A DNA stretch of 63,325 nucleotides, the filler included, from Perkinsus chesapeaki ATCC PRA-425 (lineage: Eukaryota > Protista > Perkinsozoa), in assembly GCA_013115145.1 (NCBI GenBank). It is 4 parts of 4 records of this genome, joined end to end, with 100 filler letters (N's around TTAATTAATTAA, not from the genome) between each part and the next. Parts side by side here need not be neighbours in the genome. Positions count along the whole stretch, not along the records: positions 1 to 26,598 come from JAAPAO010000505.1; 3 more parts are not named here. One strand, 5' to 3'. The notes below the pieces were generated by a model that saw only the letters and a list, made by a program, of their open reading frames with translations, did not search any database and was not told the origin of the DNA. Of the stretch, positions 11,516 to 24,525 are shown in pieces. The translations under genes and the position numbers were made by a program. The first letter of the stretch is position 1. Each line of letters opens with the position of its first letter.

Positions 11516-12757
11516 CTTTCAATGGGATATTTTATTTGAGCTTAAGGTGTCTGAATCATGAATTTGGTTTGATAGTGTTAATGAAAGCATCCTGATAAAC
11601 TGGAAAATTTTGACAGATTGCAGGAGCATTGATTTTTGTCACTACCTGTTTGGTGAAGTGTTGAGGTTCTCAAGTGTGGTTGGTAGACATCAGCCATAGG
11701 GGAACATCAAATGCTATAGAAAGTGCGATTACCGTTATTTGATTATGCCCAAGTAGCATAGTTGAACTCCAGTGCGACCCATCACCAACATCATCGAATA
11801 TCATCATGTGGTATACCACTAGAAAGTCACTCTCGAAAGCTGTCGGACGTCGCTCGTTTCGTCGAAATATTCGCCCTCATGAAAAAGTTTTGCCAAAAAT
11901 CGCGGTTTTGGGGTCGCTCTGTATGGAGGAACCCTGATAGTTCCCATCAAACTTTATTTTTCATATCTCCCCCGTATCAATTATAACATACTTTCTATTA
12001 TATCACCGCGCCAGTGAAAGCTTTCCTATCCAGCTTACAATTATATGAGGAAAGTTTGACTGGAAATATTATCGTGAAATTCACGACATAGCTAGCCCAG
12101 GAGACACAGGGCTTCCCGTAGCGCACGGCGCCGCGCTGCGCACCAAGCCCGGCAACCTCTTCCGAAAAGGCTCCTCGCTCCTTCTTGGGAGAGTTGAGAT
12201 CTTTCTTACTTGCAAGTATGCGACCGATGTTGTGTCGGTTGCTGAAAGAGAAGTATCAAACGGCCCGGCCGTTACGGCGGTATTCGGCCCGCAAGCTGTG
12301 CAGTGCTAATCCGTTTATTCAGTTTAACTATTACAATTAAATTGTATAATCGACGAGAAATACCGTAAGTGTCTACACAAGGAATCTTCTTGGAGTCAGT
12401 CTCGCTCCCTGGTCGAAATGAAAGTTACCGAAGTTGTCGAAGTAGGCGTAGGTGTGAAGGCGTGCATTAATTATCACAACTTATGTATATAAACTTTAAC
12501 TTAATTTCTTATATGAAGAAGTTTTAACAATTTTAAACTTCAACGTATACTTTCTTATAGCTCCCAACTTAAGTACACATTATGATAACATCAAGTCTCA
12601 TTGAATAATTAGCATTTATTCATTAGCGGCTGTTAGAGTCTATGAAGTATCAGTGATAGTATACACTCGTCACGATGGTCATGTCACTACAAGGCTTGTA
12701 GTGACATGACCTCGTGGCTTGTAGTACAAGCAACACTGCAGTTATCCACTTTCCGAT

Positions 12758-14520
12758 ATGCCTACATTGGAAGAAACAGTCCAACTACTCGAACAAGCGG
12801 AGCATCACGACGCGATTGAAATATGCCTGGCCGATGCCAAACTAGACGACGTGAAAATCGGTGAAGTCCTGTGTCCGGCTATCAATCATAGCAATTGTGA
12901 AGTGAAGGGTGAGCACTAGAAGCAGAGTTTGTTGGTGTTTTCGTGTGAACCTCGCACCATTGACGATGGTCAGTTGGCCATGTCAACGGAGCCCTTGCTG
13001 TGTCAGGATCCTTATCATTAAACGATAATCCTGAACTCACCGATGAAGGCGTTATTCGGCTCTGTTCATCCCTCGAGAAAATAAAGGTGAGATTCTTTGA
13101 ATACATGTATTTTACATAATACTATATTTTATTAACCGATTAGTGATATGTTATCGTAATAATGTATTAAATCTTCTTTTATTTGTCATTCATGCAGTAT
13201 GATTAGTGCCATGGAAGCGTGCGACTGAGTGCTTTCCCGACCCCCTAGGTGGGTCGAGGAACTCACTCAAACGTTCTGTAGGAAATGCAATACAAGATAT
13301 CTAAGAATGTGTGCTGGAGGAGGGCAAAACTATAATATAACATACTATAATAAGGATTGCGAACTTGAAGTTAATTCCTTCTTTCGAACTTTTCTTTTCA
13401 CTGAGGAGTACGAAAGCTCCATCCCGCAACACTTGATATTAACTCACAAATGTATCGCTCACACTTTGCGCGGTCATCTTGCCTCGGACTCTACGTGTTG
13501 GGAAATCCCGCTAAGTCTCACGCAGATTTCCGTCGATGGAATCTCACTAGAAAACTGCAGTCGAGTGCAAGACAGGTCTGGTCGGGTCCTGGCAAAGCTG
13601 ATCAATTGCACAAACTCGGGTACAGTTCCTCACAGTGCGCCCTGGTGGAATGCGTTACAGATTCCTTTACGGTCATGTCGGTGAAAGGAACATCATTACA
13701 CGATGATGGTGTAGCCGACATTCTTATGGCGTTTAGGGAAAAGAAGGTATGGCAGAATCGGATACTTATGGGGAATCTCGGTAGCTCCTAGCCGAGCAGG
13801 ATCATGCTCCGCAATCTCCGACGTTTCAACCGGAACCGCCGCGGCAGGAGAACACATATCTTGAGTTTTCCGCACTGGTGCCTGTCAGCTTCCCCTCCTA
13901 GAGCTCCATCTGGGCGAGCTTGGCATACAAGGAGTAGAGTATCTTATCAGCTATCTCAGCAGTGATCGTGAGCAAGGGAGAGATGAATGGCGTAAAGCGT
14001 CATTGTCTAGTTGCTAAGGAACATCTCACAGTGTTATGCGTTGAAGGAATCATCGCCGTGGAGAATCTGGGAACTCATAAGAAATTTCAGCTAGGGCAGC
14101 GGGAGGTGAGATTCCCGTCGACAGGGTAAATAAATCGTTTGGCGAGTCCATTCCTAACGAAATCGGACCAGAAATGCGAGCTCCACTGAGATGTCAATCT
14201 CTTCACCGGCGCCGCTCTATAATAGATACCATAGATGTGTAAACACTGAGCATATTGCTGTTACAGAGGTTCTGTACCAGTAAGAAATGAACCATATTTC
14301 ACTGATGCAGACGTCGCATAGGAGGCAGTGACTTTGCTGCTCAGGATCCGCGCGAGACGGATACTAGCGGATACGATGGCCAGCATCAATCCACAGAGAC
14401 GATTGAGGCAATCTAGTACAGTTGCGCAGTCGCGAATTGGCTTCTAGGGCGAGGAAGGTGACGAAGATGAAGAGACACAGAAGGCGGAAGCAAGACGGAA
14501 TAAATGGGAGAGCGCCATGT
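12758..14520 (+). CDS. Multi-exon leucine-rich repeat (RNI-like) protein; 3' boundary uncertain
   Basis: ATG 12758 MPTLEETVQLLEQ... Exon fragments SLSLNDNPELTDEGVIRLCSSL, GISLENCSRVQD, VMSVKGTSLHDDGVADIL and LLELHLGELGIQ are bounded by GT/AG sites. Confidence 0.6.
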
Positions 14521-14797
14521 GAGTTACCTATATATGATGATAGGCTCGAGTGCCCATAACAGCTTTACCATCAACCCGCTCTGATAGGGCCTCTATCATA
14601 TAGGGGGCATGAGTTCTGGTGTTCATGCGCATGTAATCGGCGTGATATGTTTCTGAGATGCAGAGGGTGATTCGAAATTTTGTGACGGTGCTCTTGAGAC
14701 ATAATATCCCCGACGAGTGTTGAAAGCAAAATTTCATCGAAATCTTACATGCATCACTCGGAGGGTTCCTACGCGTCATTATACTGTTAGTAAAAAT

Positions 14798-15610
14798 ATG
14801 TTACCAAAAGATCAGGAGAGGCCGAAAAGAAGCAGTGTTTTTCTGGTTAGTCGTACAAAGCTGGAATACACTGAAGAGGACATCACAGATGAGATGGAGG
14901 TGATCGATAAACCTGCATCCAAGGGTGGAGCCACTCTGGCTGCAAAACTTCGCCTTGAAGAGCTGTTGAGGAAGCTCCAAGATGCCCTTGAGAAATCCAA
15001 GAAGATACTTGTCATGGTGAGCAGCTGGAGTGAACTTGTTTTAATCGACTGTATGTTTCGACTATCCACGGCGTGTTGCTCTGGAATTTGCTTTCTGACG
15101 GACACTTCATTACTAATTGTAATTTACTATACAGTTGAACTTCTTAATTTTCTAACTGTGAGTGTGTTTCATAAATCTCGTTCGCTATGGGTCTCACCAG
15201 GGCTCATGCAGCTGGCTCGAGTTGAGCTAGTCACTTGTTCCGAATCTAGACAACAGAACAAACCACTCGCACTTGCCGTAGTTCTTGCGATTATGATGCT
15301 CCTCGCCTACGGTTATGTATTTATAATGGAGGAGTCACCGAGCAGCAGCAGCAGTGGGATGGTACCTCCTACGTGTCAAATTGAATTCCCTTCCATGTTT
15401 CTTTCTCTCTATTATATAATACTCAAGCGTATGCTTCGACTGCATTCGGTCAATTTGACCCCCAAATTAGAATTGTTCATTTTTCTTTGTCTTCAATCAT
15501 CGACAGTTGCTGCTATGTACGATGATGTCGCTCCGCTAATACGTACTGTTTGTTTTAGGATGTTCGGTGTGACGACTTTCCATGGATCAGGACTGCCACT
15601 AAGCTCATAG
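14798..15610 (+). CDS. Hypothetical protein with coiled coil and one TM segment (spliced; may extend further 3')
   Basis: MLPKDQERPKR...KLRLEELLRKLQDALEKSKK exon, then an exon with LALAVVLAIMMLLAYGYVFIM; intron-like segments lie between them. Confidence 0.45.
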   Translation: MLPKDQERPKRSSVFLVSRTKLEYTEEDITDEMEVIDKPASKGGATLAAKLRLEELLRKLQDALEKSKKILVMVSSWSELVLIDCMFRLSTACCSGICFLTDTSLLIVIYYTVELLNFLTVSVFHKSRSLWVSPGLMQLARVELVTCSESRQQNKPLALAVVLAIMMLLAYGYVFIMEESPSSSSSGMVPPTCQIEFPSMFLSLYYIILKRMLRLHSVNLTPKLELFIFLCLQSSTVAAMYDDVAPLIRTVCFRMFGVTTFHGSGLPLSS

Positions 15611-17023
15611 CTGCCGAGCATAAGATTCGTGCGGAAAGAGCCACAGGTCATCTCAGTGTAAGTGCCAACGACTGGCAGTGGCCTGCATCAGTGTGGATCT
15701 GTTCAGGCGCAGAAGAGATCATCGCATCTAAAGGAGGGTTAGTGGGACTAATAGATGAGGGTCGTCGCAGTCTCGTTTTCAGTTGAACTGAACGATAGGA
15801 GATACTTGGAAGCTCATGTGGTCCCCGCCCTGGCGAAGGCCGTGCGGCTTTGTGAAGAAGAACTTCTTTCTGCCCCCATGTAAGTGTTGCGGCTGTCGAT
15901 CGTGAATAGACACCACAGCATAGAAAGCCTTTAATGATGGCAATGTGGATGTTCTACAAGTCCGCTCTCTGGGAGCCACGTGAGCGGACCCATCCAAGCA
16001 CATGCTCGCTCGGTCGCGTTTCGCAGCGATTTTCAAGATGCAGCTTCACAGTCGTGCAGATCAATAATCAAGAGTACAACTATCAACTTCTAGACGCTCT
16101 CGCTCATACAGTCGACTATTGCGATGATGTATTTCTTGACAGGTCTAATCAGAGACCCGCTGGCGCTCACCAACAACTAGCATTCATCTCCAGTGTTATG
16201 AAAGGACAAGTCTGAATGATATGCTTGTGCTTCTGTATTATCTCACATGGCCTCGTGAAGTCTCTGTTCGTGTCTATGCATGAGGAGTTGAGTGCATGTG
16301 CTGGCATTAGTTGAACCGCACAAACGAGACCGAGTGGTTGAAGTCACTTTTACCCATAACGCTCCACTAGTATTACTGGATCCCAATATTGGATTTGACA
16401 CCTCACCGTGTTAGGCTAACAATTGGTGTGTATTGCGGGCATGATTAACCGAAGTATAACGAGACCCTACGGAATGCCCGTTTCGCGTGAAAGACGGCCG
16501 TGCTATCACTTAGTAGCTTTTGGGCAGCTGATTTAGGAACGAGGAGGTTCCGGAGTCCAGTGAATTTCGAGCCCTTATGGCTCCTTATCGAGCTTGAACG
16601 AAAATTGCATTGTCTGCGCAAGGCGAATCTGCGCGTGCGTACAGTTTGGGTGCAGAAAAAACTGAGTAAAACACTCGAGCCGGGGATCGAACTTGAGTAT
16701 TGGATCCGAGACAGGTATAGGTCATCGCCGGTGAATGCAAGTACTCTAGGATAGCAGTAGGGCGTTTTCACTTGTGTGAAATGTTTTTTCCACTTTCTTA
16801 TCTTCTTGGACTGGTATCGAACACTCTGTGAGTTGTACTATATCTGGGGTAAAGAGTGAAAAACCGAGGAAAAGGGGGTACCAAAAACAAAGGAACAAAG
16901 GTTACAATCCCAACCCCTCCGTGGGAAAAATACCCCTTCGATTGATGCGGGTGCGGAATCCCAATCCTCGCCTAGAAAAGCACGTCTCCTTAGAAATTTA
17001 TAATTTCTCCTTTTCTGGCTCCA

Positions 17024-20000
17024 ATGGCACCTAATGCCTCGCCGTATTCAGCAAGTATTTCCTCATCTACAGTTCATGACGACAATATCTACCAAAATAG
17101 ATCTGCATGTCTTAGCAGGATACAAGAGCTTAAAAAGATAAATGAGGTAGAAGGGAAGTCAGTGATGGGCAAGGTTTATTATTATACTGTTATCGATCAC
17201 CTCAGCATACTTTCATTTGCACCCCTTCAACGCCTAAATCGAATTCTGAATGACGAACGAGATTGAAGTACAAATTCCCGTTTAGACAATCGACTTCCAA
17301 AACATTAGTGAGAACAATTTCGAATATATTGATTTAATCTTGGACGTCCATTTCCCAACGAAAAGGTATTGGCGACTGAAGACAAGCTTCCTCGGTTTTT
17401 CTTGCCGTGTACAGTCTATAGGCAGGCTTCTTTTCTGATGTGGTCGTCGGAAATTATCGAACCAACGTTAGAGCAATGAACCCGGCACTGAACTACCACT
17501 ATTGAAAAATCGAAAAAACGTTGATTGAAGTTTCATTTTTGGTCAGCAATTGTCCTATTTTTCAGATCAAGCCGCTGATGGTTAACCGGGGCCATTTGAG
17601 CTCCCGACGATGCATACTGATGGCCGATGCACTCGCCGGTCAAATCGATCAGGAGAGCGCGCGCTCGCATAAGGGGGGTTTTATGGGGCTATCGAATAGA
17701 CAACTGGAAACACTTTTCAAATTAAACTTAAAGTAAGTTACTCTCGCCTGGTTGATAGGGGTATCCCTGTCAGGTACACTTCTTTTGTGGCCAATATCGC
17801 ACTGCGAAAGCTACTGGAGTCGGCCGATGACAGCACGGAGGCAGCTAGGCTACAGGCTCGAGCCAAAACGAGCATGGACGATCTGGAAGAGATTAAATTG
17901 GAAATGTTGAGGAGAGCGGAAGGTGGTGGAATTGAGCAGTCGGCGGAGGTAGTTGGGGACACCAGGGGAGTTGGCGGTGAAACGGGCTGCTCTGGGGATC
18001 ATAGAGGGTGCAACCAGAAGGAATGCATGCGATGTTCGTTCTCGCTATAGGAACCTATTCTTCAGGATTTTCTTTTTCACATCGGAGACTTCCGAGCGAC
18101 GCTAGATAGTAGCTCCCTGCTGAAAAATCTCTCACAGTTGGAAGATATGATAGAATGTGAATTTCGCAAATGCTGCTTGACGAATTGGCGGCGCACGTTT
18201 TCGCTAGTTGCCTTTCAATGAAGGCAATATGTATAGGGGGAAACCTCGCGTATCAGTTGGAGAGACTGCCAGTCATCTGTAGTTGGTTCAATGCTATTTA
18301 GACAATTGAAGTAAATCAGTAGAGAAGGAGGGACATACAGCGGGTGTTAAGCTTGAGGCGTTTCTTGCTAGAGGAGGGTCATGAAATTGATATACGTGAA
18401 TAGAGGCTCGTTTGAAGAGCAGTGACCATCTTGGAATTGTTCCAGCCTGGAAGAACTTACTGAGAACTGAGAGGCGGAGAGAGAACTGTGACTCCCAAGT
18501 CCTCCGTCGAGTATAATTAACAAGTGTAGTGGAAATTCCAGTCCAAATAGCGATCATAATTTGCCTCCGTCGGATTGCTCGAGTCTCATTTCGAAAACTG
18601 TGCCTGAATTAGGCACAGCACGTAGCGGCATCGGTGTCGAACGGAATAAGGCCCTCCGAGGAGAAATGTGAACAAGATGATTTCGAGAGAAAATTGGCGG
18701 AGCGAATGGCGGCGTTGCGGAGCAGTGCGTCAGCAGCGGAGCAAGAAGAAACGAAAGCACACCGGGAAATTGCGGCTCCTCAGAGGGAGACTAAGTTGCG
18801 GAATGCGTATCCGGATTTGAGCGGCACAGTGGAGACGAAACCAATAGGTCGACGAGGGTATCCTGAGGTCGAAGGAAGTGCAAATGGAGCTGGCTTCGGG
18901 AGGCCTAAGACGGATGTATTAACCGCCGGTGAGCGGATGTTGAATGGTAATGTTAAATATGATGGATTCTTACTGAGGGATGAAGTGAAGTATTTGGCTT
19001 CAGCTGATTTGGTGGACAAATTCAAGCAAGTTGCAGCGTAATATATAAGGGAAGGAGGATCTTGGGGGCATGGAAAATATTTATAGTGCGCATAGAGGGT
19101 ATCTTTAGGGAATGGCGAATATTTATAGTGCGCATAGAGGGTATCTTTAGAGAATGACGGATATTTATACTGCGCATAGAGGGTATCTTCAGGGAATGGC
19201 GAATATTTATAGTGCACATAGAGGGTATCTTTAGGGAAAGACGAATATTTATAGTGCGCATAGAGGGTATCTTTAGGGAATGGTGAATATTTATAGTGCG
19301 CATAGAGGGTATCTTTCGAAACTGCATGGGATCAATAGTTTAGCTCAAACTGGCTTCACTATCGACACTGCAGAAGATTAGGGATGATATATGCGAACTA
19401 AGCATGTAGCATTCCTAATGACAGAGGACCTTTGAAGGTCCCATCACCGATCGTGATGATGAGGAGATACGGTATAAATTAATTTTTATAATATGTCTCT
19501 ACGGCAAAACGAGCCATGGAATACATTCCTTTTACAACACCTGACTTCTCTCTATGACCCCCTGTTCCGGTGTGGCACTTGATGCCGGAGAGCTAGAGGA
19601 ATTAGTTTTACAGAGTCACTGGCAAATCTGGAGGACTTCGCTGTAGATACAATACGTCCAGAAATTTGGAGACTTGCGCGATTTTGCTGGGAAAATCGAC
19701 AAGTGGATCCACATATGGATCATCACCAAGTGGGGTGCAGATAACACACTTATTTGTGCCACAGCAGAGTGGAACTTCGGACTCTTGCGAGGCGAGCGAC
19801 GATAGTGACGTCGAAGTAGTAAGAAGGGCCAAAATCTGGAACGGTTGATAGCGGTAATAAAGAGCAGTCTTCCTCTTACTTTGGCGGAGCTGGAGAAAAT
19901 CGAATTCCTGAGAGCTTTGGCTGATTTATAGGAGTCTAAATCTCGTCTCGAGTTGTGTCGAATCTTGTCTGGGGAATCTCTTCTTGGTGGTACTGTTACA

Positions 20001-20594
20001 GAAATAAAAGGAATCACAAAAAGGAAAACCGCTACAAGAATAAAGTATCATTAATATGAACCTAACGATATTTGCCTGGGGTTTTATGTCTGTTAAAACC
20101 CATCGCTCTCCATGGCGGGCCTCCAGTAGCGCTGATATCAGTTTGATGCTCGGTACGTGTTCCTTGAAAAGCTTTAGAGGCCCGATTTTAGAGGGACAGT
20201 GTCCACCTGTGGTCTCGCATCGCTTTCGGTCAGTTTTCCCTTTCAGGTGTTGGACTTTGCTTTGAGCAACGGTCTCCTGTGTATCGGTTGGATTCACACT
20301 CACCCCTCTCAAAGCTGTTTCCTTTCTAGCATAGACCTCCATACGTCACTCGGTTACCAAGTTCTCTGTGATGAGGCTTTAGCGATCGTAGTGGCCCCGA
20401 CAGATCCCCAGCATCAGCCATGTGGAGTGTTTCGGCTCACTGAATACGGTATAGCGTATCTTAAAACCTGCAATAGGCGAGGGTTCCACAAGCACAGCGA
20501 TGCTCAGATGCCTTTGTATGAATTGGTAGCGCCGAAGGAATGGTCTATCGTAACCGATTTTGAAACTTGTATTGTTGATCGTCGAGTTCGGTGA
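17024..20594 (+). CDS. AMSH: AMSH/STAMBP-like JAMM (MPN+) deubiquitinase
   Basis: JAMM exons: ...KFKQVAA|YNTSRNLETCAILLG...ITHLFVPQQSGTSDSC (from 19647) and VLDFALSNGLLCIGWIHTHPSQSCFLSSIDLH...GFHKH (20247-20594). Helical N-terminal exons near 17024, 17566 and 17774 are assigned to this gene by proximity and phase (less certain). Confidence 0.85.
19076..19316. repeat. 42-bp minisatellite, about 5.7 copies, inside the AMSH intron (19038-19646)
   Basis: Unit AATATTTATAGTGCGCATAGAGGGTATCTTTAGGGAATGGCG starts at 19076, 19118, 19160, 19202, 19244 and 19286 with few substitutions and no spacers. Confidence 0.97.
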
Positions 20595-21419
20595 CGATAT
20601 TTTGTCAAATCTTTTATCATTGTTATAAAGTTCCTATATAGTATTTTGCATCAGTCTAACAGTTTTTGGTTCAGTCGAGGTTTGATTACCTGGAGAGGGG
20701 GCCAAGCCAGCGAAGGTGGGGTGGTATGGATTGCCGTATATCTCAGCATCCGGCAATAATCGGATATCTCTGTGGCCGGGGGAAGGTGTGGAAGTTAATA
20801 CTGTTTTCGGTAGGGATCCGGGCGCTTGTGAGTTTGATGCCCTGAAGGATGCAGCTTTTCCACGGTTAGTGTAGTTCTCACGTATCCTTCGTATTTCCGA
20901 GAACAAATACGTGAATCAAAGTGAATTCTAGTAGCCTTTGTGTCCTACTTTTGCTAATATCAGATGCACTATATAGAGATTTTCCTTCGTTCTGGTGGAG
21001 TTATAGTGTTTTCTGGTTACAAAGACTGAAAACATAAACGTTTACTTCATCCTCCTGTGCATTGTTAATTACTTCACGTATTACTGCTTTTAGTGCTGAA
21101 AGTCCACTCTGAGGAAGGGGTCGTTTTGTCGGAACGCATGAACGGCATCCCCACTTTGAACTGAATTTAAGCAATTCTTTGGCCTTGCCAGAGTAACGCC
21201 TTTAATGTAGTGATTTTTCTCATTTGCATCTCAATGTCATTATCTCTAACTATACCATACACCCCGTCGCGGTTGATATGGAGGCAGGTGGCCTACAGAG
21301 GCTTTGCGGCACAGAGGAAGGTTATGAAGTAGTAGGGGGCTTCGAGATTTACGGTCTCAGGATCTACAGTGCGACCCTACCGTAAGCTCATTTTTCATGC
21401 TGCTCAGACCGCATCCGTC

Positions 21420-22018
21420 ATTGCAGCATTTCACCAAGGAGCAGTTGGATGCATTTCGGGAAGCAAAATTGGAGGAAAGACGAGAACAAATGAGACAAGA
21501 GAGAGCGAAATTTAAACAGTATATGGAAATGGATCAAGAAAGGGAGGTACTGGGGGTCGAACCTGCGTAGCTTCGGACCAGATCCCCATTACTTTCGCTG
21601 AACCTGGGAATTCACGTTTACCCTGATGTTGCGAGTTGACATTCTAGCATATCAGAAAATTGCTACGAGGGAGAAGTTCCACAAAAAGGCGATAAAATGG
21701 CTGGTCATGCCGAGACTGTGTGGAATATTCTGTCCCAATTCTTCTGGTAGAATAAATTTGGTCGCATCAAACTCGGTGCTTACTTGGAGGCGCAGTTGGA
21801 AGTGGTTCGTTCAGGCGGAGAAGAAGCTTGAGGAGAAACCAAGTGAAATCGGGTTCTGGCGAGATTTCCAGATGAGCTTCGTCGAGAATGTCTTGTCGGA
21901 CAAAATGAAGGCAGTTATGATACTGTATGGACTGGATACGAGGAAGAGCGTGCATCATCCCAAGCATCCCCAAATGGCAGAGATAACAGATAAGGTGGGT
22001 AAGGTCGAGATAAACTAG
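21420..22018 (+). CDS. Hypothetical multi-exon protein (charged, helical); boundaries uncertain
   Basis: Exon-like segments HFTKEQLDAFREAKLEERREQMRQERAKFKQYMEMDQERE| and AEKKLEEKPSEIGFWRDFQMSF...EITDK|GT. Confidence 0.35.
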
Positions 22019-23203
22019 AAAGAATCTTTCGAGCTTAAGAATGGGAAATGCGTGCTGTTCGTGAGAAATAGTGCTCATACTGTGCGCAAGAAAATTTCGC
22101 AACAATTGAGCCTAGGCTGGGTGGTATACGAAGCTGCAACGACCCGTAACCCTGTCTCTTGCAGTTGGGCAGGGAGACGGTTCAGAAATATGTATCGAGC
22201 ATGGTACAAGTCTGAATAGGTGTACTTCTCCCGGTTTTGATTGAGTTTAGGCTTGTACTAGCATTCACAACACTGTGAATTCCACAGTGGCAGACGAATC
22301 TCCCAGAGCTCGGGCGACAACCCCAGCAGCTCGGCTCGAGCAGCACGGGACGAACTTCGTACTATGAACCACCCGTTGAAGTATCCAGAGACTAACCTAG
22401 CTGGAGGAGCTTCCTTGGATATACCTCGGATCCCTCTAGAATCTAGAGACTATACTGAGTGTGGTACACTCAGCCAGATAAACCATCTCTCATTGTGAGA
22501 CTCATACAACTACAGAAGCTGGACCTTGACGAAGCGGAGACTCTGCGCCTCCCCATTCTCAGCCGTATTTACCGAATTCACAGGGAGACTCTCTCTATGC
22601 CGAGACTCAATCTGGTACACGACCAATTTGGTCGTGTACCTATGGTGGAGTGATATTATGTTGAATCTTGAGAACCAAAGGAGGCTGTGTACCCTTGATG
22701 GGCAATCAAACTGTCTAAGAACTACGCAGTGTGTAGTGTGTGAACTGAGTTAACACCGTTGTATAGTATACACCCGTAGTCAGTACGACCATCAGGCACT
22801 GCAGTCGCTGCGATCAGTCATGATCTCACTGAGGCTCGATGAAGTCCTCATCGGTCATGCACAATCTCACTAAAAGTACTTCTCTCAACTGTCAATCTCT
22901 TCGTCAATAATACGAACCTGTTTCTGAGAGCATCGCCTTGAATCACAACCCTCCTGATAAAGATGTCTACATTCCGGCGAAGTGTACCCCAGCTAGGGGT
23001 ATAGCTTACCTCCTGTTGGCTCCCGTTAAAGAGGCTCTAATCGTGCGGAGGCTCTCCCCACAAGAAGGCTCTCCCCGGGAGAGCATGATCTGACTTTAAG
23101 TCCAGCTTGAACCTAGTGCGAGCTTCCAACCAGATAAGTATGGATCTACAGTGCTTCGGATAGAGTCCGTCTTATCGAACGCTGTAGCTACATACAGTAT
23201 TAA

Positions 23204-24525
23204 TTGATCGTATCGACCTTTATTCTTTTCTGTCCCATTCTGCCCGCAGCAATTCCGATTGGCCAAGGCCCTTCCACAAGTGAGCTCGCCGAGCATGTCG
23301 AGGACGTCCTGTTAGCTGCATTTCTAGCCGAGATTTGTAGAGATAATCTCATTCTTAATGATATGGAGCAAGGCATATCTGTATCGCTGCTCCGCGGGTC
23401 TTCGAGGCTATATCATAAATTCCTCGTATAATCGCCATAATTTCTACTCAAGAGATTCACCGTAAATGTCTGCCAGCGTTGCTGTTTAGGTGCCATCCTT
23501 CATTAATATGTGGTTCCCCTTCGCGTGGGGTGTAGCCATCGCGTCCAGTATTGGTTTTGCTATGCCTGCTGCCGTGGTCTCGGCGAAAGGGTTGACTGCG
23601 TTCTTCTTTCTGAGAGGAGGAGCTGCGGCAGCCGCGGTGAGCTTGCACCTTCTTTAAGTTGTATATTCCCCAGTCTGCTCCTACACAGGATAATCACCGA
23701 AATCTACTTTGATAAATTTCCTATGAGTTTGACGTTCGGCTCTAGAACTGGCTGTTATTGGTTGGAATTGTCATCACCGAGAGAGCGTCGAGTCAGGTCC
23801 TTTGGAGAGACATGAAATATCCTTCTAAGGAGCCCCCAGAGTCTACACCAGTCGTCGTGAGGGAGAAGGAGGGAATGAAATTTGGTTTCTCCCAGTTGAC
23901 CAAGGGAGAGCTGGCGATGTTGAGCTTCATTAATTTGGCGGCGGGCGCACAGTATATATCAGCGTAAGTGTTGATGTTCGGATGTGTGATAGAAAATGAT
24001 GAAATATAAAATCTGCTATGCTAGATGGGAAATTTATTGGTCTCTTTGGTTGGGAATTTTTTTCAGAAACTTCCGGCACGTCTTGAGACCGTGCAAGGTT
24101 GTTAGCTAACCGCCCGGCGTAGACTTGAAATCGCCTCATTACAGTGCGCCAGTATCTCAGACTTGCCAAATCTATCAGGGATGGCATATAGCGTTGTTGC
24201 TCATCAGATTGGTCGATCCATCTTGGGCATCCTATGCGCTCATCACGGGCTCGACACTGGCAGCTGGATTATTTCCGAAACAAATGGTGAGATCTTTCAT
24301 ATCTTTCCTCGATGTGTTTGTGTGTCACTCCATCTCCTGTATTGGACACCACAGGCGGTGGCATTGGCGGATTGAGTAGCAATAGAGATACTGCTATATC
24401 AATATTGCTCACAGTTCGATCCGACGTGGATGGACTTGTCAACTACGGCGCTGGGATCCTCCAGTGCTGTTGTTGGTGCTCCTGTGTTGTCCAGAAATGA
24501 GGAATCGGAGGAATCTACAAGTTGA
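23204..24525 (+). CDS. Hypothetical multi-exon membrane protein; boundaries uncertain
   Basis: Hydrophobic exon-like segments (WGVAIASSIGFAMPAAVVSAKGLTAFFFL; WHIALLLIRLVDPSWASYALITG) are bounded by splice signals; last exon ends at TGA 24525. Confidence 0.4.

Noticed and set aside
19076-19316. 42-bp repeats as a CRISPR array
   Set aside because: Units are directly adjacent with no unique spacers, there are no cas genes, and the context is a eukaryotic intron.
18780-19327. Minus-strand repetitive ORFs (18780-19217, 19022-19327) as genes
   Set aside because: They are open only because the repeat period is divisible by 3, and they overlap a + strand AMSH exon and intron.
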